A stretch of DNA of 64,000 nucleotides from a virus. The stretch is taken from positions 32,001 through 96,000 of IMG/VR virus record IMGVR_UViG_3300027779_003464; one strand, given 5' to 3'. Below are positions 48,801 through 56,079 of this stretch, one piece after another. The notes under the pieces were generated by a model that searched no databases, was not told the DNA's origin, and saw only the letters and a program-made list of their open reading frames with translations. The position numbers and the translations under genes are program-made. Each line of letters starts with the position of its first letter. Within the stretch, counting starts at the first letter, position 1.

Positions 48801-48956
48801 ATCTACAATACAAGAGGACAACAACTTTACACCAAAGGTTTTATCGGAAATTGGAAAGTAATTGAATTAGATGTGTCAAACTATAAAAAAGGTTATTATC
48901 TACTAGACGTAGATCACAACCACCGCAAGGGAACATTAAAATTTATAAAAGAATAA
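45855..48956 (+). CDS. Secreted multidomain adhesin-like protein: signal peptide, PKD/Ig-like and MAM domains, type IX secretion C-terminal sorting domain
   Basis: MKKLFTLVLLIQLLL signal; DSYGDGWNG; MAM-like GPxxDH...GKYIYTEAS...DICLDDI; PLPIVL; CTD INPNPVEE...IYNTRGQ...KGYYLL...KFIKE. Confidence 0.88.
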   Translation: MKKLFTLVLLIQLLLVNNSISQCTHTFTGYDSYGDGWNGASVTVMVNAQPVGMIAMATGAQESLTFQANDGDLIKLDWISGTYDYEISWDCLDGGNNTIAMGVYGTVGVGTGACPAPTPCATLDYVQDFESGTTLLAATTGAGSSVTIDGTSANSSVYGLHMQGNTSSGWGSSYATGLAAFTNSTSHIASVSREICAPLQPTVKMTFNKMQTYTYNVNYSWFRVTVNGTPIPDINGNTYFNGSSNIWESMEYNLSAYTGAAFTLAFETCNKYYTGYTTTGMGGDASYIDDILIAQSSSLSPPTAPGSISGNSYPNSGEVITYSISPIQGADYYTWTTPIGWSITYGQTTTSITVATNNNSGTLSVTATNQAGTSSATTLAVTSAVLVTSYPYETAFENETNDVTTGSATGFTFTENGWRNVSGDDGDWRTDAGGTGSTNSGPGGGASSGVSDHYPGTSSGKYIYTEASTPNYPSKEFHLWSPPFNLTSLTAPTLTFWYSMYSVSGASLALQYSLDNGANWANNIAFMCTTTFPIAVIYQDMGTNWRQGFVDLSALQSNSNIMFRFIVTTGTSWDGDICLDDIKLVDAANTSVDVGENITLGSSAYDGAYGLVLNGTSSQIINPEGYSISNITINNSDGVTVDGSDLKIDGILTLTDGVITTGSNKVITTAAPTGSISGGSATSFINGTLRRYIATSSATYIFPIGNGTGTSNYQRADLINGNLVGISYITASTTDMAGGNMTQLSPGLTQNTSVLAEIFDKSWTLTPNAQPSGGTYGVNLYLNGVGGGTIADDNFTIVKRPTGSTTWNDWDSFESTTTIPVGGDPGRTVAGGYMQKSGFTSFSDFGGGGSGGGPLPIVLISWDAEIVGESTSLTWSVASQVNNDFYSIHRSLDCEHWEEVAKIPGAGNANSLMNYHIFDENPYIGQSYYRLMQTDYDGKTEKFSLLGVFYDKPIILSINPNPVEEVLTLYLSETLKGVTHVTIYNTRGQQLYTKGFIGNWKVIELDVSNYKKGYYLLDVDHNHRKGTLKFIKE

Positions 48957-48963
48957 TATATAT

Positions 48964-49212
48964 ATGGATAATTTAAAAAATGCGTTATATGCTGGTCTAG
49001 GACTGGCTAAACAAACAGAAGATCAGGTAAAAGAAAAATTTGATTTACTAGTTGCAAAAGGAAAAAGAGTTGATACAGAAGGTAAACATTTAATTTCTGA
49101 TTTATTTGAAGCTTTAACCGAAGTCAAGAAAAAACATGATGAGAAGTTTGTAGAAACTTTAAATGATAGTATTGATAAAGTAGAGGAATTACTTCAAACA
49201 TTAAAAAAATAA
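48964..49212 (+). CDS. Phasin/PhaF-like amphipathic helical protein
   Basis: LKNALYAGLGLA...VKEKFDLLVAKGK. Confidence 0.6.
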   Translation: MDNLKNALYAGLGLAKQTEDQVKEKFDLLVAKGKRVDTEGKHLISDLFEALTEVKKKHDEKFVETLNDSIDKVEELLQTLKK

Positions 49213-49228
49213 AATAAAATACATAACG

Positions 49229-49702
49229 ATGCAGAATCTTCCTAGCTACACTAACCTATTAATTAGATTAGTTTTAAGCGCATCTGGAATATTTTCAATG
49301 TTTATGCTTCCAATTATATTTGGACGCATGGACAGTTATAGTAGCTATTATATTTGTTCTCCTATATTATTTACATCATTATTTAGTATACTTGCAGTCG
49401 GGCTGTATATACATAGTAATATACAATGGAGGTATCCAGCAATACTATTAATAATATTGTCTATATTTAATATGCATGACGCCCCATTGCTTCACTACGG
49501 CGCCGCCATTCTATTTTTTATAAGCTCAACATATTCTATGTGGAATGATAAGAGAGTAGGTGGATTTGGAAAAATTTCTGCTATATTATATGGATTATTC
49601 TTTATAGACTTATTAATATTTGAATTAATTCAAGTTATTATAATATGCTCATTTCATCTAATATACATATTTAAGATGATTAAAATTAAAGCTAAATCTT
49701 GA
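49229..49702 (+). CDS. Polytopic membrane protein (5-6 TM segments)
   Basis: Hydrophobic segments; SYSSYY and LHYGAAILFF motifs. Confidence 0.75.
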   Translation: MQNLPSYTNLLIRLVLSASGIFSMFMLPIIFGRMDSYSSYYICSPILFTSLFSILAVGLYIHSNIQWRYPAILLIILSIFNMHDAPLLHYGAAILFFISSTYSMWNDKRVGGFGKISAILYGLFFIDLLIFELIQVIIICSFHLIYIFKMIKIKAKS

Positions 49703-49703
49703 A

Positions 49704-50078
49704 TTATTTATATAATATAGAATAAGGGCTCTTATCTCCATCTACTATAATATTTAAAACATATAGTTTATTTCCATTTGAATCCTTAGTATAATATGGG
49801 GATACACTGATATTTCTTCTTTTTCCTTCAGATACGAATTGATTCATTTGGCTATTTGCCTCATCTGCTAATTGGAATGGATTAAGATCGAAATCAAATA
49901 GGTATTTTTCTACTTGTAATCCAAAGCTAGGCTCACCTAAAACTTCTCCTTTATTAGTTAGTAGTGTCATTCTAACTTGGGTAATACATGCTTCCAAATC
50001 ATCATACACTTCTACTTGATCCTTTCTAAATTTAGGGTCTTCTTCTGATCTTGTATAAAAATCTCTAACGTTTGCCAT
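49704..50078 (-). CDS. gp25: Baseplate wedge subunit (gp25-like)
   Basis: LLTNKGEVLGEPSFGLQVEKYLFD. Confidence 0.85.
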   Translation of the reverse strand: MANVRDFYTRSEEDPKFRKDQVEVYDDLEACITQVRMTLLTNKGEVLGEPSFGLQVEKYLFDFDLNPFQLADEANSQMNQFVSEGKRRNISVSPYYTKDSNGNKLYVLNIIVDGDKSPYSILYK

Positions 50079-50084
50079 ATAATA

Positions 50085-50681
50085 TTATTTATCTTCTCTG
50101 TATTGTGCTGCTGTCTTACCTAATATACCTAGCTCATCTAGCATATCTATATCAGATTGCTCCCATTCTTCTTCTCGTGCCCACTTAGCAGCAAACACTT
50201 CAATTAATATAGGATCTGTAAGTACCCATCGCTTTTGATCATTCTTAGTACAGTGTGCATATAAAATACCGACCTGTCCATCTCCACTCCAACGTCCAGA
50301 ATTTCCTGTTAAAAAGGAAGAGCCAAATCCTCTATCTTCAGTTGGGTTCCATTTTCTATGATCTGGGATATCTACCTTCTTATTCCAATCATATCCTCCT
50401 CTATCTCTTTTTCCTTCTTTATCGGCTCCCATTTCATAGTATAATCTACTTAAATCACTATATCTTACTCCTTCTTTTCCTGATTTATATATAAGTTCAA
50501 GCATATTAAGAGCTACACTTGTTTTATTATTTTTATATCTCTGTACCTTTTCTTTGTCACTTCCCTTATCAAAATCAGTATAAATATAGCTACCCATAAA
50601 ATCAAAGAACTTTCCATCTTGTTGAATAGTTCCCTCTGTTATAAATTCACTAAAATCTGATATTGCTTTATGTTTGCTCAT
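50085..50681 (-). CDS. Hypothetical protein with leader MSKHKAISDFSEFITE; possible winged-helix-like segment
   Basis: Leader; MLELIYKSGKEGVRYSDLSRLYY. Confidence 0.75.
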   Translation of the reverse strand: MSKHKAISDFSEFITEGTIQQDGKFFDFMGSYIYTDFDKGSDKEKVQRYKNNKTSVALNMLELIYKSGKEGVRYSDLSRLYYEMGADKEGKRDRGGYDWNKKVDIPDHRKWNPTEDRGFGSSFLTGNSGRWSGDGQVGILYAHCTKNDQKRWVLTDPILIEVFAAKWAREEEWEQSDIDMLDELGILGKTAAQYREDK

Positions 50682-50685
50682 ATTC

Positions 50686-51420
50686 TTATTGATTATATAA
50701 ATACATCCAGTCTGTTGTATTTTCTCCTTTCATCATCGCTTTTACATCTTCCATTTCCTTTTCAGCAGTTGCTACTATACTTTGATAATTAAGAGTAACA
50801 TCTCCTGGAAGTTGATAATTGAATGTCTGTAGCATATGCGATAATCTTACTTTAGCATGAGCCCTTACATATCTTTGAAATAATTCATCCTCATACAATT
50901 CTTCCTTTTCTATTTTCTTAAATACTCTAGCTACTGCGTTAGCTTTTGGAGTTCTCCCGATAAATCCTAACATTTTAGTATTTTTATTAAAGTCATATGC
51001 TATAGTATCAAGTATTAAACCTCTAGTTAAATCTAAGAATGAAAACATAATAGTTCTATACATTATAGATTCTCCCATAAATGGAGTAAGGTATATCTCA
51101 GATCCAATAAATTTTTGTTCAGAAAAGTCTCTATCAATTGTTGCAAAAATAGAAGCGCCCTTTGCTTCCTTTAGATCGGCAACAAATGCCACACAATCCG
51201 GCATCTGTATTTGTCTCTTTTCCTTAAAGCATTGATTCTTCATAAGCTCAGTTGGTATGATAATATATTGGGATTCTACAGCATGTCTCCAGTTATCATA
51301 GAAATACTTAGAGTCTATTTCTAAAACCCGCTTTAATTCTTTTTCAGGTAAAGAATATGGAAGTGCTCCTGAGAATGTTATCTCATCTTGAATGTCTTGT
51401 AAAAGGTCTTGTTCAGTCAT
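50686..51420 (-). CDS. gp13: Neck protein (gp13-like)
   Basis: C-terminal FQRYVRAHAK...FNYQLPGDVTLNYQSIVATAEKEME. Confidence 0.7.
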   Translation of the reverse strand: MTEQDLLQDIQDEITFSGALPYSLPEKELKRVLEIDSKYFYDNWRHAVESQYIIIPTELMKNQCFKEKRQIQMPDCVAFVADLKEAKGASIFATIDRDFSEQKFIGSEIYLTPFMGESIMYRTIMFSFLDLTRGLILDTIAYDFNKNTKMLGFIGRTPKANAVARVFKKIEKEELYEDELFQRYVRAHAKVRLSHMLQTFNYQLPGDVTLNYQSIVATAEKEMEDVKAMMKGENTTDWMYLYNQ

Positions 51421-51432
51421 ATTAGTTTTTAT

Positions 51433-51888
51433 TTATTGATTTGAGCCAGGTCCTCCAGAGTTATTGTCTCTACTGTGGCCCTGGTTTCCTAATTTTATAA
51501 TATCAGTATAGTTATCTTTTTTCTTACTAAATGCCCGTAGTGCTCTTTGATTTTTCTTATTTGACCGGTCATCCGCTTTTCCTGCTCTTTCCATACATAT
51601 CTTAACCCATTCTTGTATATTATGGTCCTTTAATAGTTTTTTCCAATTACTATGAAATATTAAATTTATAGCTCTAGTTATATCTACTTCTTGTATCTCC
51701 GGAGTCTTAGAATATCTATATGGATTTCTAGCTGCTTTTTCATTAGCTAGCTCTTGAGCTATTGCTAAAATTTGAGAATGTATACTAGACACTGCTCCTT
51801 GCACCATACCTGCAAAATTAGTAGGATATACTGTTTTAATTTCAGTCTCATTAATATATTCCTTATATGTCTTTATACTTTTCTTCAT
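51433..51888 (-). CDS. Hypothetical protein with leader MKKSIKTYKEYINE (closest match to the T4 CTS)
   Basis: Leader resembles T4 IP MKTYQEFIAE. Confidence 0.8.
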   Translation of the reverse strand: MKKSIKTYKEYINETEIKTVYPTNFAGMVQGAVSSIHSQILAIAQELANEKAARNPYRYSKTPEIQEVDITRAINLIFHSNWKKLLKDHNIQEWVKICMERAGKADDRSNKKNQRALRAFSKKKDNYTDIIKLGNQGHSRDNNSGGPGSNQ

Positions 51889-51894
51889 AATTTA

Positions 51895-52182
51895 TTAAGC
51901 GACAACGGTTGCTTGATCAGCATTAGATTGAGCCTGATTTGCTTGGTTAGCCAAATCTACTGCTGTATCTGCCGCTACCTTATCAACCTTTGCCATTTCT
52001 TGATCTAGTAATATTCTTTTTTCCTTTACATTAGCTAATCTTTTTAATAGTTCAGCTTCTTCTTGATTTAAGGCATCATATTGTGATTGAAATTCTGGGT
52101 TTGCCCCCATTACCAACTGATCTTCTTTAATTTCTTTAGCTTTATTATTAGTATAGCTTTTAAATGATTTTACATGTGGCAT
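51895..52182 (-). CDS. Small coiled-coil protein with leader MPHVKSFKSY...EIKE
   Basis: ORF track; leader. Confidence 0.75.
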   Translation of the reverse strand: MPHVKSFKSYTNNKAKEIKEDQLVMGANPEFQSQYDALNQEEAELLKRLANVKEKRILLDQEMAKVDKVAADTAVDLANQANQAQSNADQATVVA

Positions 52183-52191
52183 TACTTTTAG

Positions 52192-52476
52192 TTATTTTTT
52201 TCTATTGGAAAAAGAATTACTTTTTCCTATAAAATCCTTATAAGTAAGAACTTTATTTTTTTTATCTTTAGACTTAGGATTTGCTCCAAGGTTAATTCCT
52301 GTTCCTCCTGACATAGCAGGAGAATTAGACCAATGTCTTGGAACCGCCGATCCTCTTGATGTAGTTATAATGTTCGTCCTAGGTCGAATATGGTCCGGCT
52401 GAAATAAATGATCCGATGCATTTCTTCCAATTGTAACTTTTCCTTCTCTAATATATTTGTCAAATCCTTTTACCAT
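52192..52476 (-). CDS. Small basic protein (ATG at 52476: MVKGFDKYIRE...KVLTYKDFIG)
   Basis: ATG 4 nt after the upstream stop; motif at both ends. Confidence 0.7.
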   Translation of the reverse strand: MVKGFDKYIREGKVTIGRNASDHLFQPDHIRPRTNIITTSRGSAVPRHWSNSPAMSGGTGINLGANPKSKDKKNKVLTYKDFIGKSNSFSNRKK

Positions 52477-52480
52477 ATCA

Positions 52481-52861
52481 TTAAAATTCAAAATCGTCAG
52501 CTGAACTATTATTTTCATCGTTACCAGATTCTCCTTGAGACCAGGTTGGAGCAGATACTGGAGTATCTTTCGCGTATTCTGGGGTCACCTGATCATCACC
52601 AACCTCTACTGTCTCAGTACCATCAATATTTATAGCGGAGTCTCCCTCGTGTGATCCTGAGGATACTCTAGCGCCTACTGCGTCTAATATCGATTTTAAT
52701 GCCTCATATTCAGCATCTCCTTCAGAATCAAAGGAAGCTACCTTATCTAATAAATCTTTAATTGTCATATTTAATAGTTCCTGTGGCATAGGATCATCTG
52801 GATTATTACCGTAAATGTGTTCTCCTTCTAAAAGTCTGTCTATAGTAGTATAGTCTTTCAT
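52481..52861 (-). CDS. Small acidic protein (MKDYTTIDRLLE)
   Basis: ORF track; late promoter at 52871-52885. Confidence 0.75.
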   Translation of the reverse strand: MKDYTTIDRLLEGEHIYGNNPDDPMPQELLNMTIKDLLDKVASFDSEGDAEYEALKSILDAVGARVSSGSHEGDSAINIDGTETVEVGDDQVTPEYAKDTPVSAPTWSQGESGNDENNSSADDFEF

Positions 52862-52870
52862 AATTACTTT

Positions 52871-52912
52871 TATTTTTATTTATTTGAACCATTAAGTATC
52901 TTTTAGTATAAT
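52871..52912. promoter_or_regulatory. Divergent pair: minus-strand late AAATAAATAAAAATA (52871-52885) and plus-strand GAAC-N17-TATAAT (52886-52912)
   Basis: Both recurring motifs, back to back. Confidence 0.6.
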
Positions 52913-52944
52913 AATATAGTACGTTAAAAGAAAATACTAAAAAA

Positions 52945-53157
52945 ATGATAAATGAATTAAAAATAGTTCAAGATAAGCTAGAAAAGGATATTTTATCTAA
53001 AATAGATGAGATACGAGAAAATATAATAATTGGAAAAGGACCGGGAGAAGTTGCTCAAATAGCCATGCTAGATGTAATAAGTGAAGAGCTATCTGATGTA
53101 TTATTAAATTGGGAACCATTACCTTATAATAGTAACATCGGAGATGATAAGTTTTAA
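52945..53157 (+). CDS. Small hypothetical protein
   Basis: ORF with its own promoter motif. Confidence 0.7.
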   Translation: MINELKIVQDKLEKDILSKIDEIRENIIIGKGPGEVAQIAMLDVISEELSDVLLNWEPLPYNSNIGDDKF

Positions 53158-53549
53158 AGATCCATTAATCTAAGATATCCTTCTTTAAAGTATTTAAATG
53201 ACTTCTCAAATTGTCTCTGTATATATGGACTTATTGATCTTTTAGATATTGCAGAATATTTACTTAAAGCTGCATCTGTTAATGCGTCAAATGATTCTAG
53301 TATAGATTTAATATCATCAATGTCATCTGCAATCTCAGGTCTTTCTTCTAAATTAAATGGGAGTTCATACTGATTTTCAATATCTTCTTCCTCTTCTTCA
53401 TCTGGATTTGCGCCTAACTCATAAAACCTAGAAGAAACATCAGGACGCTGGTGAGTTTCTGCACTCAGTAAAAACATCCTTAAATTCTCATGAAGTTCCT
53501 TTTTAAAATTAGTTATCTCAACTTTACTATATTTCTTATTTGACCCCAT
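53154..53549 (-). CDS. Acidic hypothetical protein
   Basis: ORF in the minus-strand operon; weak leader ITNFKKELHE. Confidence 0.7.
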   Translation of the reverse strand: MGSNKKYSKVEITNFKKELHENLRMFLLSAETHQRPDVSSRFYELGANPDEEEEEDIENQYELPFNLEERPEIADDIDDIKSILESFDALTDAALSKYSAISKRSISPYIQRQFEKSFKYFKEGYLRLMDL

Positions 53550-53550
53550 T

Positions 53551-54147
53551 TTATAAATATCCTGGTAATTTTATTATTTTAACTTTTAAGTTTTCTAAAT
53601 CTTCTTCTTTTAATTTTCTTTTTCTTTTGACAAAGTCTAAAGTCATCATACCTATACATTTCTTTTCTAAGTCAAACAGTCCCCAATGGTATGTAGATTT
53701 ATTTCCCGCTTCTATTTGATGAACCTTACATAGTGAATTTGGAAAATCAGCATTTACATCATAATAAGGACAACACCAATTTTCAAATAAAGGTAGTAAT
53801 GAAGCATTACATGAAGAGACTGGTAAATCCTTGGATATATCCGACATTCTTTGTATTCCAGATGCGGCTACCTCATAGGTCATTGAAAGCTTTTGCATAG
53901 ATTTTCCAGTATAAAATTCTCCTCCATTATGAAATTGTAATATAGTTAAACGATCGGCGTTAAATTTATCTCTAATCTCTTCTAAATTATCTAATAATTC
54001 TTGATCTTCTTTTATTTGAACATGAATTTTGCATTCCTTCTGATTTATCTTTCTAGACAGATAATTCTTATACCAAACTACGCTTAGTGCTGTTGCTGAT
54101 CCAATGATCGCTGTTAATATCGGCACTAAATATTCTTCTCCAAACAT
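53551..54147 (-). CDS. Single-TM protein with a GAF-like domain; T4 holin T-like candidate
   Basis: N-terminal TM, coiled coil, ADRLTILQFHNGGEFYTGKSMQKLSMTYE, CIGMMTLDF. Confidence 0.6.
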   Translation of the reverse strand: MFGEEYLVPILTAIIGSATALSVVWYKNYLSRKINQKECKIHVQIKEDQELLDNLEEIRDKFNADRLTILQFHNGGEFYTGKSMQKLSMTYEVAASGIQRMSDISKDLPVSSCNASLLPLFENWCCPYYDVNADFPNSLCKVHQIEAGNKSTYHWGLFDLEKKCIGMMTLDFVKRKRKLKEEDLENLKVKIIKLPGYL

Positions 54148-54172
54148 TCCTTTCTTCTAATTTTTTATAAAA

Positions 54173-55069
54173 TTAACTATCAGTAGGACATCCACAATGA
54201 ACTCCATACTCTGCTCCTTGCCACCATGACTCAGGATCTTCTGCTTTATCAAATGAAAATGGATTATCTCCGGGTTCTACTGCTTGAGTTGAACCACAAT
54301 GTTGACACTTAACGAAGCAACTATCATCTACTTGATCAGATACTTGATAATCACTTTCAATATCTTTAATATCTAAATCATCGTCATTAAATAATAATTC
54401 AGCGTCACTACCAGAATACATATCGTCTGTTTCATCTTGCCAATTATATTCCTCATCATCTTCCGTATCTAAATGAGATAAATCAAGATTATTAGTAATA
54501 TCCATATCATCCTTAATGTTAAAATCATCAAAGGATTCTAATACAAAAGAATTGGATGTCTTCCACTTAAAGGATTCATTAGATTCTTCATCTTCATCTT
54601 CGTCCTCATCGTCGTCCTCATCGTCGTCCTCATCGTCCCCTTCAGGATTTCCATATGAACCATCATCCTCAGTATCTTCTTCATCAGATTCTTCATCCTC
54701 AGTATCTTCTTCATCAGATTCTTCTTCATATTCGCTATCAGATTCGTCCTCGTTTCCTTCAGCTTCTATTTCTTCATCTGAATCTTCACAATCTTCACAT
54801 TCTTCTTCTTCCGGTTCCTCTATTCCATTATTTGAAGAACTAAAGGAAGGAGCGCCAGCATCTCCAGGTTGAGCGATTGATTCCTCAGATCCAATATCTA
54901 CTGGTTTATTTGGTCCTAACTCAGACTTATCATAGGTAGTCTCATCAAATCCTTGTGAGAAATTATCAGAAGCAGAAGCAATATCCTGTACGCTAGCTGC
55001 TTGATTTTGTTCAGAATCCACTGAAAACTTATCAGAAAACTCTTTAAAATTTAAAACTCTATCTGCCAT
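54173..55069 (-). CDS. Extremely acidic protein with leader MADRVLNFKEF and a C-terminal Cys cluster
   Basis: D/E tracts; CEDC, CQHCG, HCGCP. Confidence 0.8.
   Translation of the reverse strand: MADRVLNFKEFSDKFSVDSEQNQAASVQDIASASDNFSQGFDETTYDKSELGPNKPVDIGSEESIAQPGDAGAPSFSSSNNGIEEPEEEECEDCEDSDEEIEAEGNEDESDSEYEEESDEEDTEDEESDEEDTEDDGSYGNPEGDDEDDDEDDDEDEDEDEESNESFKWKTSNSFVLESFDDFNIKDDMDITNNLDLSHLDTEDDEEYNWQDETDDMYSGSDAELLFNDDDLDIKDIESDYQVSDQVDDSCFVKCQHCGSTQAVEPGDNPFSFDKAEDPESWWQGAEYGVHCGCPTDS
54586..54728 (-). repeat. Coding acidic low-complexity tandem repeats (12-nt and 30-nt units)
   Basis: On the plus strand: TCGTCCTCATCG x3 and TCATCCTCAGTATCTTCTTCATCAGATTCT x2. Confidence 0.8.
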
Positions 55070-55080
55070 TTTTAAATAGT

Positions 55081-55098
55081 ATTTTTATTTATTTATTC
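55081..55098 (-). promoter_or_regulatory. Late promoter-like GAATAAATAAATAAAAAT
   Basis: Recurring motif. Confidence 0.6.
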
Positions 55099-55128
55099 GT
55101 GTAATTTTGACGCGTTTGATAAACGTAT

Positions 55129-56070
55129 TTAAAATCTATTGGAGTAAGAGAACAGAGCGTATCCATATAAACTAGAAAGAACATTATCTAATAGCGGGAT
55201 ATTAGATTTGTTATTAGATATAGCATCAATCATCATTTTAAATATTCCTCGCATAGTAGATCCCTCAATTATTAAGTCATCGATTACTAAATATGACGGG
55301 CTCATCTTAACTATATTATTCATCGATACTTTATTAGAATATGAATTACTTTTAAAGTAACCTTCATATTCATTTTGTTCATCTTCAATCGTTTTTATAA
55401 TATATGAGTCAATAATGTGACCTGGCTTTAATAATCTCCTTACTCCAGATTTAAGACCTGCTGATTTCTTTATAAGTCCTTTAAATGAAGAAGAGTTATT
55501 CTTAATAAATATATCCATCATTCTTTTAGTTTCAGGATCTGCTTTTTCATACGCATCCTTATCTATTATATCATACATATCTATTCCATAATATGCTTTC
55601 ATGATATCTACTACTTTTGCCTTTGGGTAGTATAAAGATTTAATTGTATCAGCTACTCTTGATGCAAGAGGTGAGCCGGATCCTGTAACAAATAGTACCT
55701 TAACCGGTCTATTTTTAAGTTCACTAGGGTAGGAGTGATTAATTAAAGTACTCAAATCAGAATCACTGATAGATTCCCACTCTTTCATATATTCAGAAAA
55801 TTGTTTCTTTTTATCTTTTAAATTTTCTATCTTATATCCGGAAAAAGTAAGTATTTTATTTAAGCGGCTAGGTTTTTTATCTCTAACTTGAGCTAATTTA
55901 ATGATATCTTCTTCTGTATCATTATCATAATCTATATTTATATTGCTATCTAAATATGAGTGAGTTCCGTGATTGAAGGTTATTCCTTCATTGACCCCAT
56001 AAGATATTTTATTCCAACCAGATATGAAATTCTTAATCTTATTAAATATCCTATAAGATAAAATATTCAT
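55129..56070 (-). CDS. Phosphoribosyltransferase-fold protein
   Basis: PRPP-binding-like YLVIDDLIIEGSTM; VLFVTGSGSPLA. Confidence 0.65.
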   Translation of the reverse strand: MNILSYRIFNKIKNFISGWNKISYGVNEGITFNHGTHSYLDSNINIDYDNDTEEDIIKLAQVRDKKPSRLNKILTFSGYKIENLKDKKKQFSEYMKEWESISDSDLSTLINHSYPSELKNRPVKVLFVTGSGSPLASRVADTIKSLYYPKAKVVDIMKAYYGIDMYDIIDKDAYEKADPETKRMMDIFIKNNSSSFKGLIKKSAGLKSGVRRLLKPGHIIDSYIIKTIEDEQNEYEGYFKSNSYSNKVSMNNIVKMSPSYLVIDDLIIEGSTMRGIFKMMIDAISNNKSNIPLLDNVLSSLYGYALFSYSNRF

Positions 56071-56079
56071 GAATAAGAA

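Noticed and set aside
54516-54872. Poly-Ser plus-strand ORF and alternative-frame repeat ORFs
   Set aside because: Reverse complement or frame shadows of the acidic D/E repeats.
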